A stretch of 64,000 nt of DNA from Octopus bimaculoides (Eukaryota), in the NCBI RefSeq assembly GCF_001194135.2, contig NC_068982.1, forward strand, positions 93,343,381 to 93,407,380, read 5' to 3'. Shown here one piece after another: positions 12,491 to 24,362 of the stretch (the first letter of the stretch is position 1; each line of letters begins with the position of its first letter). Under the pieces are notes generated by a model. The model saw only the letters and a list, made by a program, of their open reading frames with translations. It did no database searches and had not been told where the DNA came from. Both the position numbers and the translations under genes were made by a program.

Positions 12491-15400
12491 GTGAAGATTT
12501 TCGAGACCACGTTCTTCAATGTGCAGCCGAAACACTGGGATATGTTACTGCCAGACACAGAGACTGGTTTGATGAAAATTATGCTGAAGTTCAGCGACTA
12601 TTGGTGGTAAAGCGCCATGCCCATAGTGTATTGCTGCACAGAGAACTGTCTACTGTGCAGCGAAGTCTAGCACTTGTCCACTATAGCAGTGTAAAATCAC
12701 TACTGCAGCGATCTCTCAGGAAGATGCAGAACACTTGGTGGGAAGATCTTGCTCGTGATGTTCAGGCTGCTGCTGATGCAAATGACAGCAAGAAGCTTTA
12801 CCATCTTATGNNNNNNNNNNNNNNNNNNNNNNNNNNNNNNNNNNNNNNNNNNNNNNNNNNNNNNNNNNNNNNNNNNNNNNNNNNNNNNNNNNNNNNNNNN
12901 NNNNNNNNNNNNNNNNNNNNNNNNNNNNNNNNNNNNNNNNNNNNNNNNNNNNNNNNNNNNNNNNNNNNNNNNNNNNNNNNNNNNNNNNNNNNNNNNNNNN
13001 NNNNNNNNNNNNNNNNNNNNNNNNNNNNNNNNNNNNNNNNNNNNNNNNNNNNNNNNNNNNNNNNNNNNNNNNNNNNNNNNNNNNNNNNNNNNNNNNNNNN
13101 NNNNNNNNNNNNNNNNNNNNNNNNNNNNNNNNNNNNNNNNNNNNNNNNNNNNNNNNNNNNNNNNNNNNNNNNNNNNNNNNNNNNNNNNNNNNNNNNNNNN
13201 NNNNNNNNNNNNNNNNNNNNNNNNNNNNNNNNNNNNNNNNNNNNNNNNNNNNNNNNNNNNNGGTGTCTCGTAAATGATGTCCTATCAGAATCTCAATGAG
13301 GCTTCCGATCTGGTAGAGGGACAATGGATATGATTTTCACAGCAAGACAAATGCAGAAGTGCTATGAGCAGAATATGGATCTTGTCCAGGTATTCATTGA
13401 TTTAACAAAGGCCTTTGATACTGTAAATAGGGCCTTTCTATGGAAAATACTTGGCAAACTTAGATGTCCGGATCACATTGTATCTATAATTAAATCATTT
13501 CATGATGGGATGGAGGCTTGGGTCAATGTTGGTGGTGGCATGGCGGGACCCATTCCTGTAGAGAATGGTGTCAAGCAGGGTGACATCCTTGCCCCAACTC
13601 TCTTTTCTTTGTACTTTGCTGCTGCCTTTTACTCATGCTTTTGCTAAGGTTAGCTCTCTGGGAATATACGTCAGATATCGATCTTCTGGCCGCCTCCTTA
13701 ATCTTCGCTGATTTGCTGCCAATTCAAAGGTTCTCCAGCCTATTATTCGTGNNNNNNNNNNGAAGCTTTACCATCTTATGAAGCGAGCTTATGGACCTAA
13801 GAGCTCCACATAAGCTCCTTTGCTTTCCAAGGAGTCTTCCATTCTGTTTACTAAATCAACAGAAATCACAGGTCGCTGGATCGAACACTTCTCTGAACTC
13901 CTAAACCATGAGTCAGTTGTGGATGAAACAGTGATTGATACTATGCATTGGCTCCCTATACTCCTCGCCCTCAATAGATGAAGTAATGACATCAATAAGT
14001 AAATTGAATCTTGGTAGGGCACCTGGAAAGGATGGAATTTGTGCTGAGGTCTTGCAATTTGGTGGTAATTACATCACACAGTCCCTTCATGAACTTATAA
14101 GTGCAGTCTGAAGGGATAGTGCAATCCCTAAGGACTGGAAGGATGCAATTATTCTTCTTCTATATAAAGGAAAAAGAGCCAGAACAATGTGTGGTAACAA
14201 CAGAGGTATTGCTCTACTATCAGCTGCTGGCAAGGTTCTGGCAAATATTCTTCTTACCCGTCTGAATGGGTGTCTCGTAAATGATGTCCTATCAGAATCT
14301 CAATGAGGCTTCCGATCTGGTAGAGGGACAATGGATATGATTTTCACAGCAAGACAAATGCAGAAGTGCNNNNNNNNNNNNNNNNNNNNNNNNNNNNNNN
14401 NNNNNNNNNNNNNNNNNNNNNNNNNNNNNNNNNNNNNNNNNNNNNNNNNNNNNNNNNNNNNNNNNNNNNNNNNNNNNNNNNNNNNNNNNNNNNNNNNNNN
14501 NNNNNNNNNNNNNNNNNNNNNNNNNNNNNNNNNNNNNNNNNNNNNNNNNNNNNNNNNNNNNNNNNNNNNNNNNNNNNNNNNNNNNNNNNNNNNNNNNNNN
14601 NNNNNNNNNNNNNNNNNNNNNNNNNNNNNNNNNNNNNNNNNNNNNNNNNNNNNNNNNNNNNNNNNNNNNNNNNNNNNNNNNNNNNNNNNNNNNNNNNNNN
14701 NNNNNNNNNNNNNNNNNNNNNNNNNNNNNNNNNNNNNNNNNNNNNNNNNNNNNNNNNNNNNNNNNNNNNNNNNNNNNNNNNNNNNNNNNNNNNNNNNNNN
14801 NNNNNNNNNNNNNNNNNNNNNNNNNNNNNNNNNNNNNNNNNNNNNNNNNNNNNNNNNNNNNNNNNNNNNNNNNNNNNNNNNNNNNNNNNNNNNNNNNNNN
14901 NNNNNNNNNNNNNNNNNNNNNNNNNNNNNNNNNNNNNNNNNNNNNNNNNNNNNNNNNNNNNNNNNNNNNNNNNNNNNNNNNNNNNNNNNNNNNNNNNNNN
15001 NNNNNNNNNNNNNNNNNNNNNNNNNNNNNNNNNNNNNNNNNNNNNNNNNNNNNNNNNNNNNNNNNNNNNNNNNNNNNNNNNNNNNNNNNNNNNNNNNNNN
15101 NNNNNNNNNNNNNNNNNNNNNNNNNNNNNNNNNNNNNNNNNNNNNNNNNNNNNNNNNNNNNNNNNNNNNNNNNNNNNNNNNNNNNNNNNNNNNNNNNNNN
15201 NNNNNNNNNNNNNNNNNNTTGTTGTGTACCGTGCATGTGTACTGACATCGCTCCTCTACTCATGTAAGACATGAACTCTGTACAAACGTCAGGTAAGGGT
15301 CCTTGAACGCTTTCATCAGAGATGTCTCAGACACATTCTCAATGTTGGCTGGACCTCAAAATTTCCAGACACACAGGTCTTGAGGACAGCTGATATCTTG

Positions 15401-15876
15401 AGTATTGAGGCAATGGTGCACAAGCACCGGTTACGTTGGAATGGACACCTTATTAGAATGAAGGATAGCAGGATTCCTAAGCAGATGCTATATGGAGAAC
15501 TTGTGAATGGAAGGAGACTCCGGCAGAAACCAAGGCTGCGATTTATGGACTGTGTCAAGTCCTCATTAAAAGGCCTGTGATATGCAGGACACTGACTGGG
15601 AGAACAACACCTGCCATCGCCACAGATGGAGGAAGCAGGTTAAGGAGGGATCGACACTTCTGAGAGAGCACGTATCCAGCATGAAGAACTTAATCGAGCT
15701 GTGCGAAAGCGCACGGCTCGTATAGTGAATGTTTGCAGTCGTGTATACTTGTCAAGAGCAGGGCTCATTAGCCACCAATGGAGCCGCAAATGCAAAATAT
15801 AAGCTAGTCCTAGAGCGCACAATGTTCCTGAAGGTCGGCAATAGTCTTCCTCGGTCACGAGTGGACGGCCATCATA
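12485..15876 (+). mobile_element. 5'-truncated RTE (BovB-like) LINE, pseudogenised and split over gaps with a misordered contig
   Basis: Translates DFRDHVLQCAAETLG…RHRDWFDEN; APGKDGI; YKGK…NNRGIALLSAAGK; ESQ*GFR; FIDLTKAFDTVNR; GVKQGDILAPTLF; HRLRWNGHLIRMKDSRIPKQMLYGEL; a decayed C-terminal zinc finger; and the tail …ggacggccatcatatatata. Confidence 0.92.
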
Positions 15877-16230
15877 TATATAATCCAAGAGAGTTAGGGG
15901 TAGTGAATTCAACCCACTAAGTGATAATATCTATCCAATATACTGCTGGGAGGGTACCCAATTATTATTACACTAGTGTTTTTACTAAGTGCAATAAATG
16001 GATTCGGGTAAAAGGAGGTTTTACCCTAAATTTATATAGCAATAAGAAAATGGAGGGGAATATGTGGTACTCATCAACCTACAGACACTGTACTATGTTA
16101 ACTAACCTGTTTATTTTTCAACCAAAAAGACAATAAAGACAATATATAAACACAAATGACACACTATGTCATATCAACAATGAAAAATTCAAAATTCAAA
16201 AGGACATCTAGAGACCGAAGAAGGGACAAA

Positions 16231-16272
16231 GTCTTACAGCTGTTTCGGCCTAGAGGTGGCATGCCTCATTCT
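16231..16272 (-). ncRNA. Hammerhead-ribozyme relic (5' strand of stem I lost)
   Basis: Minus strand reads AGAATGA-GGC(atgccacctctag)GCC-GAAAC-AGCT-GTA^AGAC. The right half is intact; the CUGAUGA core is decayed. Confidence 0.5.
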
Positions 16273-16289
16273 ATCTACATAACTCCTTG

Positions 16290-18230
16290 TGTTTTTTCTA
16301 GTGTTTTTTAAAAAAATTTTGTGCATTTTTTTACAATTATTTTATAATAATTAGTTGTTAGTGCAAAAGACAGTGCTGAGAAGGAAAAGCTGATTACGAT
16401 AGAATTGAAGAAGGAAATAATTGATAAACATGAAAAATAAGTGCGTGTAGTAGACATAGCATATCAATACAACCGAAGCACGTCGACAATCTGCACCATC
16501 CTGAAGAAAATGAACGAGATCAGGGCCATTACAACAGCAAAGGGTGTCTCCAAGCTCTCTAAGCAATGCGCATCTGCCCACGAAGAGATGGAAAAATTGC
16601 TTCTCATGTGGATCAACGAGAAGCAACTCGCAGAGAATACGATTACGGAGACCATCATCTGCGAGAAAGCACGAGCGTTGTATGGGGATTCTCTGAAGCA
16701 GAACCCTGGAACATCAACGGAGAAGGCATCAGCAGACGTGTTTAAGTCGCGGCTAGTTCGATAATTTCAAGAAGAGGAGTGGTGTTCATAGTGTCGTTGG
16801 GTATGAAGAAGGCAGCTGAGGATTTCGTGCATGAATTCCATCAGCTCATCGCAGCCGAGGGAATCATCGCACAACAGGTATTCAACTGTAATGAAACTGA
16901 CCTTTTTTGGTAAAAAAAAAAAAAAAGCTCAGAAGAACCTACATAACTGCAGAGGAGAAGAAAATGCCAAGCCACAAACTTATGAAAGATAGGCTAACTG
17001 TCGCCCTTTGTGCCGAAGCGAGTGGAAACTTGAAGATTGAGCCGCTCTTTGTCTACCATTCCGAAAACCAACGAGCATTCAAGTCGCACAAAATCCTGAA
17101 GGAGGTCATGTGGAGGGCAGACGTTAAAGCATGGGTCACCAGGCAATTCTTCACCGAGTGGGTCAATCTTATCTTCGAACCAGCAGTGGAAAAGTACCTT
17201 CTGGAGAACGGTTTTCTTCTCAAGGCCCTCATCGTCCTCGACAATGCTCCTGCTCACCTTCTTAACTTCGAAGATGACATCCTGGACGAATTTAAATTCA
17301 TATAAGTTCTATAACTTTCACGCAACACCACCCCTATCATATAGCCCATGGACCAACAAGAGATTTCTAATTTTAAGAAATTGTACTTTAAAGTTGCCGA
17401 AAATACAAATCTAACCCTTCGTGACTTTTGGAAGGAGCACAATAAAAATTGTTAACTGCCTGGCAGGGTGTAACGAGGAGAACGCTGAATTCTGCATGGA
17501 GGAAACTGTGGCCTGACTGCGTATCCGAAAGAGCCTTCGAGGGGTTTGTGTCTGAGACACCTGTAGTCGATGAGATAGTGTCTCTCGGTAAGTCTATGTT
17601 GACGATGGAGACATTAACGATCCCATTGAGGAACACTTAGAGGAGCTGACGACAGATGAACTCCTGCAGCTTCAGGGGTAACAGCATTCGGATGCGGTGG
17701 AAGAGATTAGTTCCCCGGAAGAGGACAGCGTAGCAAAGAAGGCTATCTCTACGAGTGACGTAAAGTCACTGTTGGCAAAGTGGCAGTATGTTTCTGAATT
17801 CGTAGAAAAATATCATCCTGAAAAGTATTTACAGCTGCTTTATTTAATGACACTGCACTGTTGCATTCTCGTAACATTTTGAAAGGCAGGAAGAAACAGA
17901 CTTCTCTTGATATATTTCCAATGAAATGACCTGCGAGTGTGAAAACTGAAGAAAGTGTGTCCAAAAAGCCTAAGCAAAGTGAGAGGGAAAACACCAGAAA
18001 TTGTTCTTTCCGAAGTCTTAATGGAAGGAGATTCCCTTTCCAAGCAACAATCCTCCTCCTCACCGCTCCATCGTTTTCCCCGCGCAAAAATCGTCCCATC
18101 TTTATTTAATGACACTGCACTGTCGCATTCTTGTAACATTTTGAAAGGCAAGAAAAAGCAGACTTCTCTTGATACGTTTCCAAGGTTATTGAATTAATAA
18201 AACCAATTTACATATTCATTTGCATTTGTA
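16290..18230 (+). mobile_element. Tigger (pogo family, TIGD1-like) transposase pseudogene
   Basis: CENP-B-type HTH (ITIELKKEIIDKHE…VRVVDIAYQYNRSTSTICTILKK; EEMEKLLLMWINEKQL…IICEKARALY) and DDE_1 core (QVFNCNETDLFW; KDRLTVALCAEASG…KAWVTRQFFTEW…LIVLDNAPAH; TPII*PMDQ). Several stops and frameshifts; TIRs not recognised. Confidence 0.9.
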
Positions 18231-18696
18231 CATGTACCGAGATGCAATTCGAAAAGTCCGCCACTTACATAGATATATAGGGATAAACAATCTTCTATAT
18301 GCTATGATGGATACACGAGGTGTTCGTTTGGTATGTTGATTTTCTGTTTATTTCTATGTATCTTGACCATATTATACTGACGAGTAGAAGTTGCATAATA
18401 CTGCAATAACTACGAAATCATGATCTATAATTTAGTCTGTTTTTAAGGAGCTAGCTTTGAGAGTTGCATTTCCTCGCGTTCGGTAAAAATGTGTTTATTA
18501 TGGTGGTTTGACCTTAGAGTCCCTCTTAGCGTGAGGCATTCACGTATAGTAATGCCCTTATATAAATAAATATATTTTGGGGAATAAATGATGGATTTTT
18601 CCCTTAGGAGGTTTTTTTCACGCTAGCTACTTGATAAATTCTTCTAAAAGAATTCATCCTATAATTGAATTAAGTATATATAATATATATATATAT

Positions 18697-18877
18697 AAAA
18701 ATATGTGACGCTTATTCAGTAGCCATGATAAAACTCCGAGTTTCGGATGCCAGGGTGAAAAAAATTCACAAGAATTTTCAATTGGCCGGATAACTGAAGG
18801 GATGTTGGCGTGGGCTCCCACCCTGGCATCCGAAACTCGGAGTTTTATCATGGCTATTGAATAAGTGTCATATTTTT
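18697..18877. mobile_element. Foldback MITE with 52-bp inverted arms
   Basis: 18706-18757 vs 18819-18870: 50/52 identical as reverse complements, with a 61-bp spacer. The flanks aaaaata / tattttt extend the symmetry. Confidence 0.8.
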
Positions 18878-19318
18878 ACAGATAAATTCCTCTATTTGCA
18901 TAATATCGAGGTCGCTTTCTTTCTTTTGTTCTCCTTCCTGTCAAATATATATATATATATATATCAATCTTTAGTCAAATATAAATTTATATTGAGTGCT
19001 CTAGTGTATTAAAATATTAATACTATTAAAGTATTTATATATTTAATACAAGCGATTATATATATTTTATATAATATATCATTATTAACATCAGGAAATC
19101 AATATTAGAAAATCGTTCAGAAAGATATATACGTGTGTAAAATAATTGTTGTATTAAAAATATAAATATATATAGATATAATTATTACAAATTAAAAGGG
19201 TAAAGGTTTATCAATTTATTAATTTATTAATAAATCAACAATTAATAATTTTTACCAAGCCCTTCGGTATGTAAGCACCATTATCGGTGGAGAACTTATT
19301 TAAAAGTTCATATACATT

Positions 19319-19436
19319 TATAAACATAATTAAGGGATCAGCAAACATTTGCTTCACCACATACCGAAGTTCAGAAATAGCAGCTAAAAAAGCTGAGACT
19401 CCAAAAATGTTTGCTGATCCCTTAATTATGTTTATA
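19319..19436. repeat. Perfect 32-bp inverted repeat within an AT-rich interspersed repeat
   Basis: tataaacataattaagggatcagcaaacattt (19319-19350) pairs with aaatgtttgctgatcccttaattatgtttata (19405-19436). Spacer 54 bp. Confidence 0.85.
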
Positions 19437-19799
19437 TATAGATATATGTAAATATGTATAAGTATAAATATATAATAATGACTTTTTAAAAGTTTCGAAT
19501 TAAGTTTTTAAAGCATCTTACGATCGTTTCGCAGAAGTGCTGTCCTTGTAATGGAATTCTATATTGATAAGCGTTTATAGGCAACTCTTCTGCTCTTCAG
19601 AGATATAAAATGTGAAATTTGTATAATTTATCGAATGGTAGCTTTTTTTTAGAAATATGGAGTAATATAGGAAAATGGTGTTTGTTTGAAATATAAAATA
19701 GAATTAAAAATTACTGCTTTTGATTTTGGTAAGTACACTTTAGTATAAGAGTCTTTAAATCCATATGTGCTTCCTTGGTAATTCTTCAGTAATTCATCT

Positions 19800-20775
19800 G
19801 TAATTCTCCTGCATGCACCTCGGGCAGGTTCGGCTGGAGGCACTTCTATGCATGAAGAGCTTGTCTTGAGCAGGTAATGCCCTCTGTAGCTCCAAAGAAA
19901 TTGTCCATGATCTTCGACCCAAAAGTCCGAAATAGACCACTCACACTATCTCGTCGGTGCTCAGAGTCAATCTTAGGCCATTGTCATGCATACCCTCAAC
20001 TAACCCCCTATAGAAATCTTGGGTTGTTTTCCGCTAACGGTTTTGTCCAGTTGGTAGAACGCAGTGAGCGTCTGGCCACATTCTAGATTCCAAACGTCCA
20101 ATTTTGATCTCGGTCTGACCTACATCAATGAAAACTCTTGTTTTCGTCGCCGTCGTTCACACCCTCACAATAATTTAAATATTTCTGTAGGTGCGTCAGC
20201 CTGAACGCGTGGTGCTGCATCATCACGGATGGCATCCCAAGATCACCACAGAGTAGGTGTTAATCGCAAATGGACTTTCTGACCAGCAGAATCCCTGACC
20301 CTTCCATAAGAATCGAAAAAACAAGCACTCCAATCTGGTCAGAATTTTATTGGAACAAGATACGACGGCTAGACGGTAGTACACTACCGAGGCGATGTAT
20401 GCATTCGCTACTTCTGCCTGGCCTATCAGAGATAGCTTCCTTTCTGCCCATTTCTGGGTGACCTTGGGTATCCTGACCATCACCTCATCCCAGTTGCTAA
20501 ATATCTAGCGGTTTGATCCAAACCAGACTCCGAACACTTTCACCGGACCCTCTGTCCAGCGACAGAAATTGCCACTAGTCAACATTGACTTGCCCCTCCA
20601 AGAGCTTAGTTACAGACTCACTGGTTTGTCATAGTTTATGTGTGACCCTATATACACCTGATATCCTTTCAGTATTGTGCCAATCGTTTCGAACTCCGAA
20701 GATCCCGAAACCATAACAGTGAAGTCGTCCGTGTATGCAGACACAGCTCTCCTGTGGCCTGGGGCTAGCGGGATA
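19800..20775 (-). mobile_element. L1/Tx1-clade LINE ORF2 fragment (RT C-terminal half to zf-RVT)
   Basis: Translates AVSAYTDDFTVMV (YADD); GPVKVFGVWFG; KWAERKLSLIGQAEVANAYIAS…LECLFFRFLWKG; DKLFMHRSASSRTCPRCMQE. Confidence 0.85.
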
Positions 20776-20777
20776 TC

Positions 20778-20915
20778 CCTCTACATTCTGAGTTAAATTC
20801 CACCGAAGTCGACTTTGCCTTTCATCCCTTTCGGGGTCGATAAAATAAGTACCAATAGAGCACTTATCCCCTTCCCCATAATTGTTGGCCTTGTGGCAAA
20901 AATTGAAACCAATAT
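20778..20915 (+). mobile_element. tRNA-derived SINE, family A (partial)
   Basis: gagttaaattccaccgaagtcgactttgcctttcatccctttcggggtcgataaaataagtacca is the conserved family A core. Confidence 0.8.
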
Positions 20916-21239
20916 TTATAATGCTGCTAGCAGTGACTGCGAAGTTTTATCACTGACGGCTTTTTCAAACTCAATAAGTGACCACCGGCTAAATCATGCA
21001 TATGTATATATGAATGTCTGTATGTATGTATGTGTATGTGCGTGCGTATTTTCTCTCTCTCTCTCTCTCCCCCCTCTCTCTCTCTCTCTCCATTTCTATA
21101 TCTCCTTCCCACTCTCTCATATTACACGAAAGTTCGCCAAGTTCTTTTAGAAAGGTTTGATGCTTTCCCGTCCGGTTGGCATTTGCCAACTTTTAACACT
21201 GATGCAAATTTCAGGCGCACGCTCATATATATTCATAAA

Positions 21240-21314
<75 letters not shown>

Positions 21315-21491
21315 ATATGCACAAAACATATATTTTCTTTTCTTTCCTTCTTTCTTTTTACGCACATTCACGAATTTACATTCACTGATCGCATTTCCAA
21401 GCACAAAAATGCACACATGCACAACACAAGCACGCCTCACACGATCACAAACATGCGCTCATGTATGTATGTATGTACGTACGTATGTATG

Positions 21492-21524
<33 letters not shown>

Positions 21525-22106
21525 GGGTCTGTCTGTCTGTCTGTATGTATGTATGTATGTATGTATGCATGTATGGATTTATGGATTTACGAGTGTATAT
21601 GCATGTTGTATACATATATAAATACGTGTGTATATGTATATATGCTTGTACGAGTGTATGTATATAAAATATGTTCGTACTCATAAACACACATTCACAC
21701 GTTCATATGTCGTACAAGCACTTATACATATAATTGTAGACAAGACAGAACAACAATGAGAGAGAGGAAGAAAGAGAGAGAGAGACAGAGAGAGAAGGGT
21801 GTAAGAGAAAGTGAGTGAGAAGGAGAAAGTATGACAGAAAACTTCTCGTGTCGCATTTTGCAGTTAATTCTCTCCACATTTTTCCTTAGCTTTGTCCTTT
21901 AATAGGATTGTCACTTACAAAAGCGCCAAATAAACGTACACGCATACATAGGTATATTAATGTGTGTGTGTGTGAGTGGTGTGTCTGTGTGAGTTGATTT
22001 GCGTGTGATGATGCGTGTGTGTGTGGTTCGTGTGTTTATGTATGCAGATAGATAAGTATATAAATATATGTTTGTATATATATACATGTATGCGTGCGGG
22101 GTAGAA

Positions 22107-22177
22107 TGGATGGATGGATGGATGGATGGATGGATGGACGGACGGACGGACGGACGGTTGGATGGATGGTGGATGGA
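22107..22177. repeat. Compound (GGAT)n(GGAC)n(GGAT)n microsatellite
   Basis: ggatggat…ggacggac…ggatggat. Confidence 0.9.
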
Positions 22178-22564
22178 TGTGTTCATGCGTGCGTCTGTCT
22201 GTGTTTGTTTCCCCACTGCTTGATTGTAACATAGCGGCCCGGCAATTAAAAAAAAAACTGACACAGTAAGTGCGTGGCTTAAAACAAGTTCTGGGGTCGA
22301 TCTGTTCGTATGCACATTCCAAATCGGTGCCTCAGAGTATGGTCGCAGTCCAGTGACTGAAGGAAGTAAAATGTGCGTGTGTGCGTACAAATGTAGGTAT
22401 ATCAAATATCATACAAAATATATTTCTGATTTATCTCTGTCTCTAAAGGATGTGTCACAGCTACCAAATGACAACTGAGAGCAGCGCCATAGACGGAGGG
22501 GAGATAATCTCAAGAAACAGGAGCTAATTTGACAAATCATTAAGGAATAGAATTAGAGAGGACA

Positions 22565-22609
22565 GTCTTGGACATGTGTTTCTGCAGCAACAGGTATCAT
22601 CAGTACGAC
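22565..22609 (-). ncRNA. Minimal type I hammerhead motif with intact core and decayed stems
   Basis: Minus strand reads GTCGTA-CTGATGA-(tacctgttgctgca)-GAAAC-ACAT-GTC^CAAGAC. CUGAUGA, GAAA and GUC are intact. Stem I pairs 4 of 6 and stem II is poorly paired. Confidence 0.6.
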
Positions 22610-22875
22610 AATTGTTCTAACCTACCCCCGGAAGTCAAGGTGCATAGATATATACAAAAAGAGTAGAACACATTTATGGCTTAGGCAATTTGCATAAATA
22701 AAATGAACTGAGAGAAATAATTTAGACGAGCCAGTGACACGTATATGAACAGCATAGACAAATAAAATACAGGTGTATCAAACACGATACAACGTAAATC
22801 CTTCATTTATTAAACCACTTTACACTTCCAGAAGATGTGTTACAATTACCAAATAGCAATAATTTTTGAAATTAA

Positions 22876-23090
22876 AGCGACGACCTGGCAGAATCGTCAG
22901 CACGCCGGGCAAAATGCTTCGTGGAATTTCGTTTTTACGTTCTGAGTTCAAATTACACCGCGGTCGACTTTGTCTTTCATCCTTCTCGGGTCGATAAAAT
23001 AAATATCAATTGAACACTGGGGTCGATGTTAATCGACTTAACCCCTCCCCCGAAGTTGTTGGTCTTGTGTCAAAATTTTAAATCAGTAAT
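22876..23090 (+). mobile_element. tRNA-derived SINE, family A (full length)
   Basis: A-box TGGCAGAATCGTCAG, B-box GTTCAAATTAC, core gtcgactttgtctttcatcc…gggtcgataaaa, AT tail. Confidence 0.85.
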
Positions 23091-23596
23091 ATATGAAAAT
23101 ATGTATGTATGTGTGCGTATGNNNNNNNNNNNNNNNNNNNNNNNNNNNNNNNNNNNNNNNNNNNNNNNNNNNNNNNNNNNNNNNNNNNNNNNNNNNNNNN
23201 NNNNNNNNNNNNNNNNNNNNNNNNNNNNNNNNNNNNNNNNNNNNNNNNNNNNNNNNNNNNNNNNNNNNNNNNNNNNNNNNNNNNNNNNNNNNNNNNNNNN
23301 NNNNNNNNNNNNNNNNNNNNNNNNNNNNNNNNNNNNNNNNNNNNNNNNNNNNNNNNNNNNNNNNNNNNNNNNNNNNNNNNNNNNNNNNNNNNNNNNNNNN
23401 NNNNNNNNNNNNNNNNNNNNNNNNNNNNNNNNNNNNNNNNNNNNNNNNNNNNNNNNNNNNNNNNNNNNNNNNNNNNNNNNNNNNNNNNNNNNNNNNNNNN
23501 NNNNNNNNNNNNNNNNNNNNNNNNNNNNNNNNNNNNNNNNNNNNNNNNNNNNNNNNNNNNNNNNNNNNNNNNNNNNNNNNNNNNNNNNNNNNNNNN

Positions 23597-23642
<46 letters not shown>

Positions 23643-23904
23643 TGCGTGTGTGTAATGAGTTGAGACATAAAACGCCAAAACACCACAGAGCAACAGGTTC
23701 ATTCATACACACGCACATATACATAGATACACACACACACACACACACACATTTATACATACATACATACATTTTTGTATGTATCTACGTATATATATGT
23801 ATGTGCACATTCATATACTCAAAACAAAAGCGCACATGTTTGACACTCTGGAGGGAAACGCCAAACTATTATTCATTATTTTTTTCCCATTCTTAACAGT
23901 CTTC

Positions 23905-24140
23905 TTTAACAACCACCCGACAACCACCAACACCAGCACCACCACCCGACTGCCGCCGCCGCCACCAACATCAACAACAGCAACAACATCAGAGGCGGTG
24001 CTATCATATCACCATCACCGTCATTATCACTACCGTCATCAGCAACACCCTTTACCATTCACCAGTATCTCACCGTCAGCGCCACCACTACCAACGTCAC
24101 CATCTCAGTGCAAACTTCCCCGCCATCGCACGCACCCAAC
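23905..24140. repeat. (CAC/CCA/CAT)-rich low-complexity tract
   Basis: Degenerate trinucleotide repeats that give a spurious Pro/Thr/His ORF. Confidence 0.75.
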
Positions 24141-24311
24141 ACCCTTCCTCAATTGCTCACCCGCTTCAACTTTCATGAAGAACTTTCACCCTCTTCAACA
24201 CTCACAAACAGATACACATACACACACACGCTCGCTCATACACAATCTGTATGAGTATGAGTGTGTGTGTGCGAGTGTCACACATGTACATATGCATGTG
24301 CTTGTGTGTGA

Positions 24312-24362
<51 letters not shown>

